A program made the translations under genes and the position numbers. Positions 1-12,444 of a stretch of DNA of 64,000 nucleotides are shown here, in pieces. How positions within the stretch are numbered: position 1 is the first letter of the stretch; every line of letters starts with the position of its first letter. Source of the stretch: Bilabrum cf. latius (Eukaryota); NCBI GenBank assembly GCA_965178125.1, contig OZ237760.1, forward strand, positions 124,001 to 188,000, read 5' to 3'. Under the pieces are notes generated by a model. The model was not told the origin of the DNA. It searched no databases and saw only the letters and a program-made list of their open reading frames with translations.

Positions 1-3000
1 CCCCATTGCTCTGCATGCTAGCGCTACCATCCGATGCGAGCGCCTTGCGGCGAATCTGGTCGGCCTCCTGCCGCGCGACGTCCTGCATATGCTTGAAGAA
101 CTGCGACGAGCTTCCGTACTTGCTCGGCGCGCTCTCCAGGCTGCCGGCCGCATCCGACGCGCGGCCCGCGCCCTCCCCCCCGGCCTGTTGCTGCCCACCC
201 GCAGTAGTCCTCGCCCGCTTGCTCGGCCTCCCTCCTGCCCCCGCCACACCGGCTTCTCTGGCCATGGATGCCGCCGCGTGCGGGTTGCCCAGCCCCCCGC
301 TGGCCCTGCCTGCCGCCTCCTGCACCATGGCGTCCAGCTTCCTCTTCCTCCTCGCGACACGCTTCTTGGCGCGGCGATCCGCCTTCTTCTCCCCCGCAGA
401 CATCTCCTCCCGGGACCGAACCACACCCCGCACGGGCGCCGCCACCTCCTCCGGCGCTGCGGCACTCCCAATGGAGGCTGCCGCTGCCCCCATGCCCTTG
501 CCCTTGCGCCGAGTGCCGGCCGCCAGCCCCGCACCCCCGCCCACACCGGCCATGGCAGACGCCCCCGCGCCCACCGCCGCGGATGATCCGATCCCAGGAG
601 TGGCCTCCTCCAGCGCGACGGCCGCCACTCCTTGGGCCCTGGACCGAACGGACATCTCTGGGGCCCTTGCTCTGGGCGTGAACGCGAAGTTGGAAAGAGC
701 GTCCAGTCGGTGGAAGAGCTTCCCCATCAGCAGCCTGATCTCGTCCTCGAGCTGCCCGTGCCTGCCCCCTTTGCCCTCCCCATCGCCGTCCTCCCCTTCT
801 TCCCTCTCCTTTGCAGCCGCCCACTCGGCCTCGTACACCTCGGCCAGCCCCTGCCGCTTGCCCTCGTCCCGCCGAATCAGCTCCTCCGCCTCCGCGAGCT
901 CTTGTTCCCTGCGAGCCGCCTTGGCCGCCGCGTCCCTGGGCGCCTCATCCACGGGCACCGGATCGTCAAAGGCCCCGTCCATGATCCGCTGGCGAATGAG
1001 AGCCTCGAGCGCAGAGGTGCCGGTCCCGATCCCGTCCCTGCTCAACAGGGCTCCTTCACGCAGACCGCCTGAGCCTGACCCTGCCCCAGCTCCCTCGTCC
1101 CCATCGTCGCTGTCCTCGGCGAGACCAGCCCCAGGCGCGTCTCTGACCACCCTCTCGACGTCCACCACGGCCCCCAGCAAAGAGTCCTGGGGCCGCTGGG
1201 CTGCCCTCACCTCACCGGCGAGCTGCCACTCCCTCCCATGCCTCAGCTAGTGCGCCAGCTTGCTCTCCATCTCCTGGATCTCCTTCTGCTTTGCGCGCAT
1301 GCGCAGTTGGTGAGACGTGAGCCCATCCTCATCCTCATCCTCATCCTCGTCGTCCTCCTCCCCCCCGTCCATGCCTTCATCCCCAGCGGACATGCCCTTC
1401 TGCCGCCCACCCTCCTCATTCTCGTCATCGTCATCATCGTCGTCCGAAGAGGAAGATGCCTCGCCCAGCAGATCCACCTTGCTGCCCTCGATCCCCGCCA
1501 AACGACTTCCATGCTTACCGTCGTCCTCGCTATCGCTCTCGCTCTCACTATCGCTCTCACTATCGCTATCGCTATTACTATCACTGCCCCCCGCCCCATC
1601 GTCCTCATCGCCATCCTCGCTATCACTCCCGCTGCCCTCCTCCTCCTGCTGCTCCTGCAGGAACTCCTCATCGGGCTCGTAGTCCCCCTCGTCACCCAAC
1701 CCCTCGGCCTCCAGCTCCAGCATGCGGTCCAGAGCTGCCTCGGCCTCCTCGTCCTCTTCGTCCTCATCAACATCGGTACCGCCCTTGCTGGAGGTGGAGG
1801 ATGGCTTGCCCTGCTCACGGTCCCCAAAGAAATCGTCCTCGGCACGGGCTGCCCTCCGGATCGCCTCCAGCTTTTCCGCCGCGGTCATGGGTGCTGCCCC
1901 ACCACCCGATTGCTGCTGCTATTGTTCCTCCTCCTCTGGCTACCCGAGGGCAGCACCACCCCCATACAGCACGCGCTCCATCTCAATGTCCTCCTCGTCC
2001 TCTTCCTCATCATCCTCATCATCCTCATCATCGCCCCCCATCCCGGCATCCGACCCCCCCGCTCCAGCTCCGGGGATGCCGTCCTTCTCCTGCTCGTCCA
2101 GGAACCGCTCCATGTCCCTAAACCGGAAGTGCTCATCCTCGATGGCCCGGGCCTCCGGGATGTCCTCAGAGGCATCCGAGTCGTCGCCAGCCCCGCCCCC
2201 CATGCCCTTGTTCCCTGTCCCCTTCCCCTTCCCCTTGGCCCGCCTGCGTCTCCTCTTCCGCCCCGACTGCTGGCGCCCAGATTCACCGTCACCGTCCTCA
2301 TCCTCGTCGCTGGAATCGTCTGCCGCTTCTGCCCTGGCCAGAATCTTGGCCAGCCGGGGATCCGCGGCGGCCCTGGCCCGGAGAGCCGCATCTTCATCCT
2401 CGCTATCGTCATCGTCGTCCTCATCCTCTCTGTCCCGCCCGCGCCCGGCTGCATCGGAATCGGAACCGGAATCAGACTCGCTGTCGCTGCCGCTGTCGTC
2501 CGACATGGCGCCCTGGGCACCGCCCTCTCCTCGTGAACCGCGTGCGTTTGCCGGGGCATCGGTTCCCAGCTTGCTGATGAGGGCGTCCACCGCCTTCTCG
2601 ATGCGAGGCATGGCCGCGTCCGTGTTCATCTGCAGCTGGGCCCAGATGCCTTCCGCGTCGAAATTTTCGACTAGAAGCTCCCCAAGTGGAAGGACTGTGG
2701 CACCAATGATTCGCTGGGCCGGATCGTTCTGCGACCACGCATCGAGGCTATCCTGCCCTGCTGCGCCGTCCTTGAGCAGCACCTGCCCCTTGTCAGCAGC
2801 CAACTTGCAGGCTGCGACAACCGAAATGAAGAAATACAGCTACATTCAATGATAAAAGGACGAAATGACCGCGTTATGTACTGATGGCTGGGCTCAGCAC
2901 TTACATGAATCAAAGGCAACCTTAGTTGCAGATGCGGCTTCTTTGGCACACTCCTAGTTCGCTTCCGCAAATCTCTCCGGCGCATCTGCACACTTGCTAG

Positions 3001-3037
3001 CAAAGGAAAATAGCGCGGACAAGTCCAGCGAATCCAT
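1..3037 (-). CDS. MPP10: U3 snoRNP protein Mpp10, 3'-partial. Exons 3037-2905 and 2811-<1; in-frame TAG at 2954, 1940, 1919, 1247.
   Basis: Motifs LVENFDAEGIWAQLQ, WQLAGEVRAAQRPQDSLL, acidic tracts and C-terminal SSQFFKHMQD. The intron 2904-2812 (GTAAGT...GCAG) restores the frame. ORFs 1940-2803 and 1247-1888 are in the same frame and separated only by TAG. Confidence 0.9.
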
Positions 3038-3200
3038 GACGAGACCGGTCCGAATGAAGCTATTAAAGAAATTGCTGCAGCCAACACTGTGCACTCATCA
3101 CATGGGCAACGAAAATCGTCCAAGAGCAACTGCGACACTTCGACCGCGGTGCCTTGAGTGAGAACACCAAATATGAATTTATGCGTAGCAATAGGATGCA

Positions 3201-6200
3201 TCACACCCCAACACCCGCTCCAGACCAGGCCGCCATGGCCCTCACTGCTAGCCGCCGCACCTCTCGCCTGGGATCGTCCAGCGCCCGGCGCAGGCCCTCC
3301 TGCACCGGGGCTCGAACCTGGGACCTGCCCGCCGCCGGGAGCAGGCACATCCTGCCGAGGAGCAGCACAGCCCTCGCCCTCGCCGCGTCAGACACCGCCC
3401 CTTCCGCCGCAGCCGCGAGGGGCCCTGCCAGAGTGGTCGCAAGCTGCGCGGCGCCCGCCATGCCACCCCGGTTCCGCTCGAACACCCCGCCCCCCTCGCC
3501 CCCCTCTCCTCCCCCCGTGGCGCCCATCCTCGCGGCCAGCAGCCCCAGCGCGTGCAGCTGCAGAGCCCCCGCACCCTCCCTCGTCAGCCCGCCCAGCCCC
3601 TCTTCATCCACCTCCACCTCCACCTCCACCTCCTCGCTCCTCCCCTCGTGCCCTGCCCCATCCTCACCGACACGGCCCCGCGCGGCCTCAGCACCGGCCT
3701 GCCGCGCGCCGGGCCGTGTCCGCGGCCTCCTGCCCCGCCGGTCGCCCCTCCGTTCACTCGTCACACCGCGCCCGGTGAGCCCGGCTGCCTCGCAGGCCAG
3801 CACCAAGGCGCGCGCACCGAGCAGGAGCAGCGGGTCCTGCTGCTGGCCAGCCCTCGATTGCTTCTTGCTCTCGGCAGCGGGACCACCCGATGACTCCGAT
3901 CCGGGGGCAGCTAGCGCCGACTCCTCCACCACAACCAGCGGAACCTCCGCCGCGGCGCCGCAAACGGCCAGCATGCGCGCCCCGTCCGACCCCGCGCCCT
4001 CCCGACCCCCGCAAGCGCTGACCACCTGGGCGAACGTTCGCTGCTGCCATCCCCGGCGCACAACGCCTCCTGCAGCAGCTGACAGCAGGCCCTCGCCGCC
4101 GAACGAGGTTCCGTTAGCCGCCGCGGCGCCGCGCAATCCGACCCAATCGGCACGCGCCGGAGGCATGCTGCCGCATGCCGCGCCGGATCCAGCCGCAGAC
4201 ACGCCCCGCACCACGGCCGCGAGCGCCGCCGCCGCCTTGCACCTGAGGCCTGCACTCGTCACACCGCCAGACACGTCGTCCCCGAGGGGCCCCAGCAGCA
4301 CCGCAAGCGCCTCTCCGCTGGCCCTGGAGCCAGCCACCGCCAGCCCGCGGGCCACAGCTGCCGCCACCAGAACGGCCCTACCCGCCCTTCCGGGGTCCGC
4401 AGTCGCCGCTGGGCCGGCGAGGGCAGGCCGCACTTGTTCCTCCAAAACTCTCTTAGTGACCTCTGCACCCCCCCTGCGACCCTCACCGCCGGCTCGGTTG
4501 GCTGCGGCAGCCAGGCACCGCAGCAGGCACCCCACGGCGAGGCCCTGCCCCTGCCGCTGACCCTCCGAGTGCAGGATCCTACGCGCCAGTGCCTCCATCA
4601 CGCCGTCCATGGCGCCTTTCTCGGCCTTGCCCAGCACCGCCAGCGGAGCCACAATGGCCAGCTATGCCAGCTCATGCACCCCTCCCTCCTCCTTGCTCCC
4701 AGCACTCACCGTATCCCTGGCCCACCGCTGGAGGTCAGCTGCAGCGGCCAGCCCGCCGCACCTGGTCACAAGCACTCGCAGCACCGCAGCTGCATCCTCA
4801 GCCGCTCCCTTGCCCCCTTTGCGTTCCCCAGCAACACCAGCAGCAGCAGCGGCAGCAGCAGCAGCAGCAGTAGCAGCGCTCCGCAGCACCCCCCTTGCCC
4901 AGGCCACCGGGGAATCTGTGCTCCCCTCTAATGCCCCTGCATCAGCCCCCGCACCCGCATCAGCATCCATGCCGAGAACCCGCCCAAGTTCACCCCCTGC
5001 AGATGCCTCGTCATTCCCGGCTGCTGCCCCCGCGGCACCGATGGCAGAGCTGAGCAGCTTGCTAGCCAGCAAGCCCAGCTCATCCCCCCCAGCCCCTACC
5101 CCTGCCTCGGTGACTGCACGCACCAGTGCCCTACCAGCTGCACTCCGCACCACTGGGCTGCACCCCAGGTGAGCAAGCAAACTGGCCAGTCCCACGAGAC
5201 ACGCCGACCTCCCGCCACTCATCTGCCTCCGCGAGACTTCCACACCTTCCACACCTTGTTCCCCACCAGCGTCCTCCAGTCCCGCACCCACCCGCAGCAG
5301 CCGCACAACCTCCACCCCGGAGCTCTCGGTGGCACTCGCCAGTCGGACCACGGCCCGCAGCACCGCCGGCGCCACCGCCTCGGGCCCCGCATCCCCCTCC
5401 TCCTCACCCCCTTGCTTCCCGTCCGGTGCCGGCCGCCCCGCGGCCCCCGCCGCGCCGCACCCCGCCAGGACCCGCACCGCACTCGCCACACCGCCACTGG
5501 TGGCCGGCAGCAGACCCACGGCCAGTCGGAACGCGCTCCCCGCCGTCGGCTTGCTCACCAGAGCCTGCAGCCCCACAAGCGGGGGGCCCTCGCTGCCTGC
5601 AGCCGAGTCAGCGACGGACCCGCTCCCCGAGGCAGCGTGGGACGCAGCGGGTGTGGTCTCATCAGCCGGAACCGCTCCGTTTCCCTTGCCTGCCAGCCCC
5701 TGCGCCAGTGCAGCTAGCCGACTCGCCTGCCCCTCTGACCGCCAGCTCACCATGGCACCGGCCACCTCTCCCCACCCACGCACCAGCCGTCGAGCTGCAG
5801 CACCTGCACCTGCACCTGCACCTGCCCCCTCGGTTGCCTCCCGCCCCGCCGCAAGCACGGCAAGTCCACTGCCCTGCCTCTGCCCCGCCCGGCCAACCGC
5901 CCCGGCCAGCCGCAGCGCGGACGCCGCGTCCACGCAGCCCAGCGCGCCAGCCGCCCCCGCATCCACTGGCTGGCGACCCACCGCCGCAACGTGGGTCGCC
6001 AGCGCCGCCGCCACGTCACCGGTTGCAACTGCCGCCACGTCAGGGTCGCAGGCCAGCAGGACCTCGATGGCCGCTGCAGCCAGCCTCCCGTTTCTGCCCC
6101 TGGGATTGTCGGCCACCTCGGCCAGCGCCCAGCTGAGCACCTCTGCCACCACCTCGCGAAGCACGCGCACCATGCCCGTCCTCGGGCGAGGTCCGCTGCC

Positions 6201-8042
6201 GGACGACCCGGCGGCCGCGGCAGCACCCGCACCATCGTGCGATGCAGCCTCCGATTCCGCCCTTGCCGCCGCACCCACCGCCGCCCCCGTTTCCCCCAGC
6301 AGCAGCAGCACAGCACGGACCACCATCCCGGGCCCCACCTCCTCGGCTTTGGGTGGCACCCTCCCCGGGTCCAGCAGCCCCCCTGTTCCCTGGGTGCCCA
6401 CCAGCAGGGAGAGAGCGCCGTGCCCGCCCTCCTCGCAGAGAGCCCACCCGCCCGCACTCGCAGCCTGCGAGAGCCGCCGCTGCAGCAACCCACCGTTGCT
6501 GCCGCCGCCGCCCACGACTCGCAGAGCCTGCGCGATCGGCTGCCCCTGCTCCTCCTCCTCGTCTTCATTCCGCCAGCCGCTGGCTCCGTCAACAACCGCC
6601 GCCACGGCCAGACCAGCAGACGCAGCGGCAGCATCTCCGGCCGGCCATCCCGCGCACTGGCTCGCCAGCTTCTCAGCCCCAGGGCCCGTGCTCTGCGCCG
6701 CCGCGGCCGCCCCTTTGGCAGTCTGCTGCCCTGCCGCGGAAGCGGCAGAGGCCAGCAGCTTGCACACTGCCTCGGCCACGGAGGGCGCGTACTTTGCCAG
6801 CATCGGCCCGCGCATGCCGCGCACCACCATGGCGAGCGTCTCGGCCGCGTCCCACCTGGCGTTGTCCACGCTGGAAGTGAGCTTCTCCATGCAGAGGGGG
6901 GCCAGCAGGGAGTGCACCTGGGGCGTGTCCGAGGCCGTGAGCAGAGCCTTGAGCCGTGTGACGAGTGCGCCCCTGGTGAGGTGCTGGCTATCGGCCCCTG
7001 CCCTGCCCTTGGGCGGCGTGAATGAGATGGGGAAGTACACGCTCGTGATGTCGAAGAGGTCGCTCACGATGGGCGCCTCGTGCAGCAGGCTCGCGGTCAT
7101 GGGGGCTCCGGAGGGCGGGCCGGACCCGGAGGCATCGGCAGCAGCAGCAAGTACGGATGCAGGCGGCGAGGAGCAGAAGGAAGGATGCTCCAGCACCCTG
7201 CGCACCACCTCGAGACACACGAACAGGGCCCGGGGGTCCCTCTCGCCCTCGGCTGCCAGCACCACGCCGGCAGCAAAGGAGGCTGCCCTGCGTCGCTGCT
7301 GGGTCCTCGTGAGCTGAAAGAAGCGGTAAGGGTGCCCTGCAGGGGCAAGTGAGCCCCCGAGCGTGCTCAGAGAGTGTAGGTCGGCGCCCAGCGCGTGCTC
7401 TCTCTGCCGAGGGGAGGCGAGCACCGCCGCGAGAAAGCGGAAGGCGGCTGTCCGCAGGTGCACCGCGCAGGCCTGCACGTTCACGTGAACGAACAGGCTC
7501 TGCCAGGCGCGCACAAACGCTGGAACCTTGGCCGCGGCTCTGTCCTCCTTTGGGGACTCGCCGGCATCGTCACCGCCATCTGCAACTGCCTCGGCGTCCT
7601 GCAGCGCCGCGTCCACTCCGACGGCAGCATCGATTCCTTCCACTGGAGACACAGACACACCATTAAGTGCCTCCTCATGATGCTCTAGCAGCGCTGTGAA
7701 CGCGTCAAGGCACGCTGCAGAGGACGGCTGATCTGCAATTCGTTCGCACAAAAACAACAGGATCGCCTCTGCCGACTGGCTGTTCAAGCCGATCGATTCC
7801 GAGCTGGAAGCCCCACTGATAATTTCACAGACTAGTCGAATTGCCCTGCGCCGCCGATCGCTCGAGTCTGAAACGAGCTGCGCGCCCATGCCCCCGAGCA
7901 AGGTTGGAAGGGGTAGCGGATCAGGAATAGCGGCTCGCAGCGCTGCCAGGCCCGCCTGCGCGTCGGCGCTTGCTTTTGCATCGCTCTACTCTGCAGCTGG
8001 GTTGCAAAAAGCTGCGATATGGCTTCTTAGCTCATCATTCAT
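3201..8042 (-). CDS. MMS19: MMS19 (CIA targeting complex / Fe-S assembly HEAT-repeat scaffold), ~1613 aa; TAG at 7986 and 4662; TGA stop
   Basis: GERDPRAL, DLFDITSVYFPISFTPP, LCMEKLTSS and C-terminal ALDDPRREVRRLAVRAMAAW are MMS19 signatures. One frame runs from ATG 8042 to TGA 3201 if TAG is sense. Confidence 0.88.
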
Positions 8043-8212
8043 ACCGTCAATTATGCGACCGGAAGCGGCCACGTGCCGGCGACGTCAACTCGCGACGGCG
8101 TGATGACGAGCGCGAGGAACCTCTGGCGGTGTTGTTGTGTGCATGCATGGTGTGGTAGGCGCTTGGCATACAGTCATAATCCTTGTTTGGGGCTCAATAT
8201 GGCTCTTACACA

Positions 8213-9988
8213 TCACGCAACGATCCGCAGCGGCGTCAGCGGGTCCTCCTCGTCCTCGTCCCCACTGCCCGTGCCTACAACGCCCAGCTTGCCTGGTCTT
8301 GCTGCCGCAGTCCCCTTGCGTCTCCTTCTCGCCTGCTACCTGCCTCTGCTTCCAGCGCGCGCCCTACCAGCACCCGGGCCGTCAGCGACCAGCTCATCCC
8401 CCCGTGAAGCGCCCTCCCCTGCCCCCTACGGACTGCCACCTGCACGCTGCTTCTTCTTCTTCTTCGTGTGCTTCTTTATCTTTCCGTTGGTCCTGATTCT
8501 CAATCCATCGGTGGATCCATCTGCTCCAGCCTCTATCCTGCCATTCTCATCATCATCCTCATCATCATCATTGCCCTCCTCCTCCTCTGCATCATCCTCG
8601 TTCAAATCCTCATCCTCAGCGCCACTTTCACCATCGGATCGATCCCCATCCCCATCCTCCTCCCCTTTTCCATCCTCCACGGGCGGCATCTCCCCCGCCA
8701 GCGGCTCGCTGACAATCAGCTCCGGGCGGGCCCTGAACCTGCCCCTGTACCCCTCGTACAGCCCCTGCAGCAGGGAGCAGTAGGCCCCGTGCCACGCATC
8801 CACGTCCTCCTGCGAGGGCTCCTCCAGCCGGGGCAGAGACAGGGGAGGACCCACCACCGTGCGCAAGGGGTGCCTGTGCGGGAGCAGCCCGCAGGAGTAC
8901 TGCATCACGCCCCGGCCGTAGAAGAGAGGGGCCGTCCAACCGAGCGTGCCCCCGATGGCCTCCTGCACGGCCCGCAGGAGGGACCCCCTCGGGTTGGGCA
9001 CCTGGCGGAAGACCTCGTTCTCGCCGAAGGTTACTACCGGTACCAGCGCCGCGCCATGCCTGAGGGCGTGCTTGACGAAACCCTTCCTCCTCTTGAGGGT
9101 CAGGTCGAACCGCATGGGGTGCGCGTCCAGGGCCTCTTTGGCCCCTCCCACCACCACTCCCACGCTCAGGCCTTGCCGCAGGCACGACTGCATGCTGCGC
9201 TTGGAGGCGTCAACGAATCCAAGGCCCATGATGAAGTCTCTCAGCAACGGTAGGACGAAGTGGATCGTCACCGTGAGCACGCGCAGAGAGTCGCCCAGCC
9301 CCAGGGCCTCCCTCTGCCCGTCTGCATCCATGACGATGTTTGACAGCACGCCAACGCCGATGATGCCGTGTGGGTGGCAGGCGAGCACGTGGGGGCGGGA
9401 GGGGTCCAGCCTGCGCACCACGTGGAGCGAGGAGGGAAAGTACCGCCGAAAGTGCTTCCACACGGGCAGCCGCTGCACTGCCCTCAGCGGCCTGCCGCCC
9501 CGCAGGTGCCTGTCCCTGTCGAACAGCAGCTGCCAGGCCAAATACGCGGGGAACAAGTACTTGAGATATAAGTAGTCGGGAAGCACGCCCAAGTACAAGA
9601 AGAGCATGTACCAATAAAAAGTAAAAGCCGTGGGCATAACAAGAAGCGCGAATATCACGCCAGCAGTCTGCAGCCGCCGTTCGATCGGCGTGTCCATGGG
9701 GGCGCACCGCATGCAGCACCATCTGCACTTCTAGCTAGTATCTGCGCCAGCTCCCGCTCGAGCAGTGCGTTTCAAGAGCTCGCGGCGGTGGTGCGAGTGC
9801 GGCAGGTCTCTATCGCCGACCTGGCATTCAAACTGAGGTGCAACACCTCGATGCAGCAAGTCCAGGGTCGCCGGGTCTTGCTTTTTAATTAAAGTCTCGA
9901 ATGAAAGATCGTCCTGTTCTGTTGAATCTTGCTTCTTTTCCTTTGTCGAGGCGCTCTTCGCCCCTCCATCGGCGGTTCGTTTTGCCAT
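8213..9988 (-). CDS. Diacylglycerol/monoacylglycerol acyltransferase (DGAT2/MOGAT family), ~591 aa; TAG at 9731, 8426, 8336; TGA stop
   Basis: Motifs RRLQT, YFP, HPHG, GGAKEAL, RKGFVKHALRHGAALVPVVTFGENE and VVGPP. Read-through ends in PLRIVA-TGA, resembling the family C-terminus. The start at ATG 9988 is inferred. Confidence 0.88.
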
Positions 9989-10227
9989 AGCGGGCTTCGA
10001 TCGTCGACCCTCACTGGCCAAGCGAGCTTCTTCGGAAGCCTCAAGCACAGACTATCGCAGACCGATAGTATTAACAAATGTTCACTGCAATATTTAGGCC
10101 CGAAACCATCAATGATAGCGCTGTATGAGCCTGAAACAGTAATACAGATTCACGCATTTTGTTGCGTGTACCGACCAACGATGGCATCATTCCTGCCACG
10201 GTCGCGTAGACAATCCGTCTTGGTGCG
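9989..10227. promoter_or_regulatory. Probable bidirectional promoter region (DGAT2-like / RPN3)
   Basis: A ~240 bp lower-GC gap between divergent start codons. No specific motif identified. Confidence 0.45.
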
Positions 10228-12157
10228 ATGCCTGGCTCATCATCGGACAAGCAAGCCGCATCCGGTGCTGGAGCAAATGATGTTACTAAGGCTAATACCA
10301 AGGGAGGCAAGGCGGAGCCGAAGCTGCCCCCCCTAGGCACGACAGAACGTGAGCGATCCAGCCATTCGAAGAGCGAGCACACCTGAATTGCAATCTACCG
10401 CGCCACTCATCGAGCCATCTCACATTCTATTCACAGTATTGGAGCGTTACTTGAAGTTAGTTCATAGGTCTGTGGTCATGAGGGATAGACGACCCATGGC
10501 TAGGGCGATGCGGTACGCAGTCAGAATTCGCCGGTTTGCGCACTAGGCTGCCCTGGATTCCGCTGTAGGGGAGCATTGCGCAGGAACTGTGTTCGATACC
10601 GCTGCCCGAGCGGCCCTCGAGGATGCAAAGCCACTCATCCCAGAGGATGTGGCCGCAGCAGCCAAGCAAGCCGATAAGGAGGCGGCCGAATTGAAGGCCG
10701 AATAGGAGGCAGCCTTGAAGGCGAAGGCAAAGAGAGAGGCGGACGAAAAGAAGAAGGAAGAGCAGAAAGAGAAGGAGGAGAAGGCTCGCGCAGAGGGGAA
10801 GGGCAAGTTTGGAGCGGCCTCCGGTTCCGCCGGCCAAGCTTCCATGACGGACGACGAGGATGCCGAAGAATCCAAGGAAAGCGGCGAAGATGAGGCCAAG
10901 GAATCGAAAAAGAAGGGACCCTTCACGGATGCGTCCAAGCCAGAACGCGCCGCCTACGTGCTCTACCTGCTGGCGGCGATGTGCTCGCAGGGCGGCGAGC
11001 ACGAGGCAGCTGCTCGGCACGCCGACAGCCTGCTCGCCTCTGCCCTCGAGGCCAACCGCCGGTCGCTGGACCATTTGCAGGCGCGCGCCCTGCAGCTGCA
11101 CGCCGCCAGCACTGAGAAGAGCAGCCCGGCAGCCGCGCGCGCCCTGCGGCCCCGGCACATGCACGTGTACCGCACTGCAGCGCTCAGGCACGACAGCACG
11201 ACACAGGCCACCGCCGCCGTGCTCGTCCTGCGGTCCATGGTGCTCGGCAGGGAGCTGCAGCTGGCAGGCAGCTTCATGTCGCTGGCCACCGTGCCCGCTG
11301 ATGCCAGCAACGCACAGGCGGTCCGGTGGAACTACTTCAAGGGAAGGGTGGAGGCGGCCCGGCTGGACTACTCGGACGCTCTGCGGTCCTTCTAGCTGGC
11401 GCTGAGGAGGGCGCCCACGGGCGTGGCGGGAGGCTTCAAGCGCTCGTGCCAGCAGCACATCGCTGTGGTCACGCTGCTCACCGGCACCGTCCCCGACAGG
11501 GACACCTTCCGGAGGCTCCAGGGAACAGAGGGCAGGGACGACGCCACGGAGCAGGCCATGGGTCCCTACTTGGCCGTGGCACGAAGCGTGCGGGTGGGCG
11601 ACCTGGCCGCGTTCGGGGAGGCTCTGGACCTGCACGGGGCCCGGCTCCGGAGGGACGGGACACTCGCCCTTGTGAGGAGGCTCCGGGAGTCTGTGATCCA
11701 GACGGGGCTGCAGGCCATCGCAAAGGCGTACTCGGTGCTGAGCTTCGAGGACGTGGCGGGCAAGCTGCGGCTGCCCTCCGCCGAGGAGGCCGAGTACGTG
11801 TGCGCGCGCGCTGTGCGTGACGGCGTTGTGGAGGCGGTGCTTGACCACGAGTAGGGTGTGATGGCATCCCGGGAGAGGACGGACAGGTACTCTTCGATGG
11901 AGCCGCGTGTGGCCTTCAAGAGGCGCCTGGCCTTCTGCCTGGAGGTGCGGCGGGAGGCGCTGGAGGGTCTCGAGTATCCCGACGGTGCGTTCAAGAGGGA
12001 CGAGGGGGACGAGCAGGCGAGGAAGAGGAGGGACATGGAGGAGAGCGCGCTGGCGGCGGCGCTGGAGGAGGAGGACGATGATCCGGAGGGGGGAGAGCCG
12101 GGCATGGACGATGACCCGGACATGGACGATGACTTTGGGGGAGGCGACGGGCTGTGA
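10228..12157 (+). CDS. PSMD3: 26S proteasome lid subunit RPN3/PSMD3. Exons 10228-10348 and 10437-12157; TAG at 10544, 10703, 11393, 11852; TGA stop.
   Basis: RTAALRHD, ASNAQAVRWNYFKGRVEAARLDYSDA, PCI domain (LRESVIQTGL...YSVLSFEDVAGKL...AEYVCARAVRDGVVEA) and YSSMEPRVAFKRRLAFCL. The 88-bp GTGAGC...ACAG intron restores the frame. Confidence 0.92.
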
Positions 12158-12444
12158 TGTGACCTCTCTGGTGATGACGACTCGGTCGTCCATGAGCAGC
12201 TGCAGACTTGTGTGTGTGTGGCGGTACGAGCTCGCAATGTCCGGACATGGGTTTCGACACTTAATCTGGCACCCGCATTTATCATGCAAGCTAAGCACAG
12301 CGCGCTGCTGGCGCCGTCTGGACTCTTCACCCTTCCGGCAGGGGGTGACTTCCGGCTTGCAATGTAGTCCACACGGATCCGGCCCGCTGTAAAAGATTGA
12401 AACAGAATGCTCCATCACGTCCTCCACTACTGTTCTTTATTAAC

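Noticed and set aside
6-2852. Long + strand Ser/Pro-rich ORFs (6-1250, 1238-2536, 1722-2852)
   Set aside because: Antisense shadows of the acidic, GC-rich MPP10 coding sequence; no domain signal.
3154-7317. + strand ORFs of 468 and 662 aa
   Set aside because: Antisense shadows of MMS19.
10457-12427. 656 aa minus-strand ORF
   Set aside because: Antisense to RPN3, produced by codon bias; no recognisable protein.
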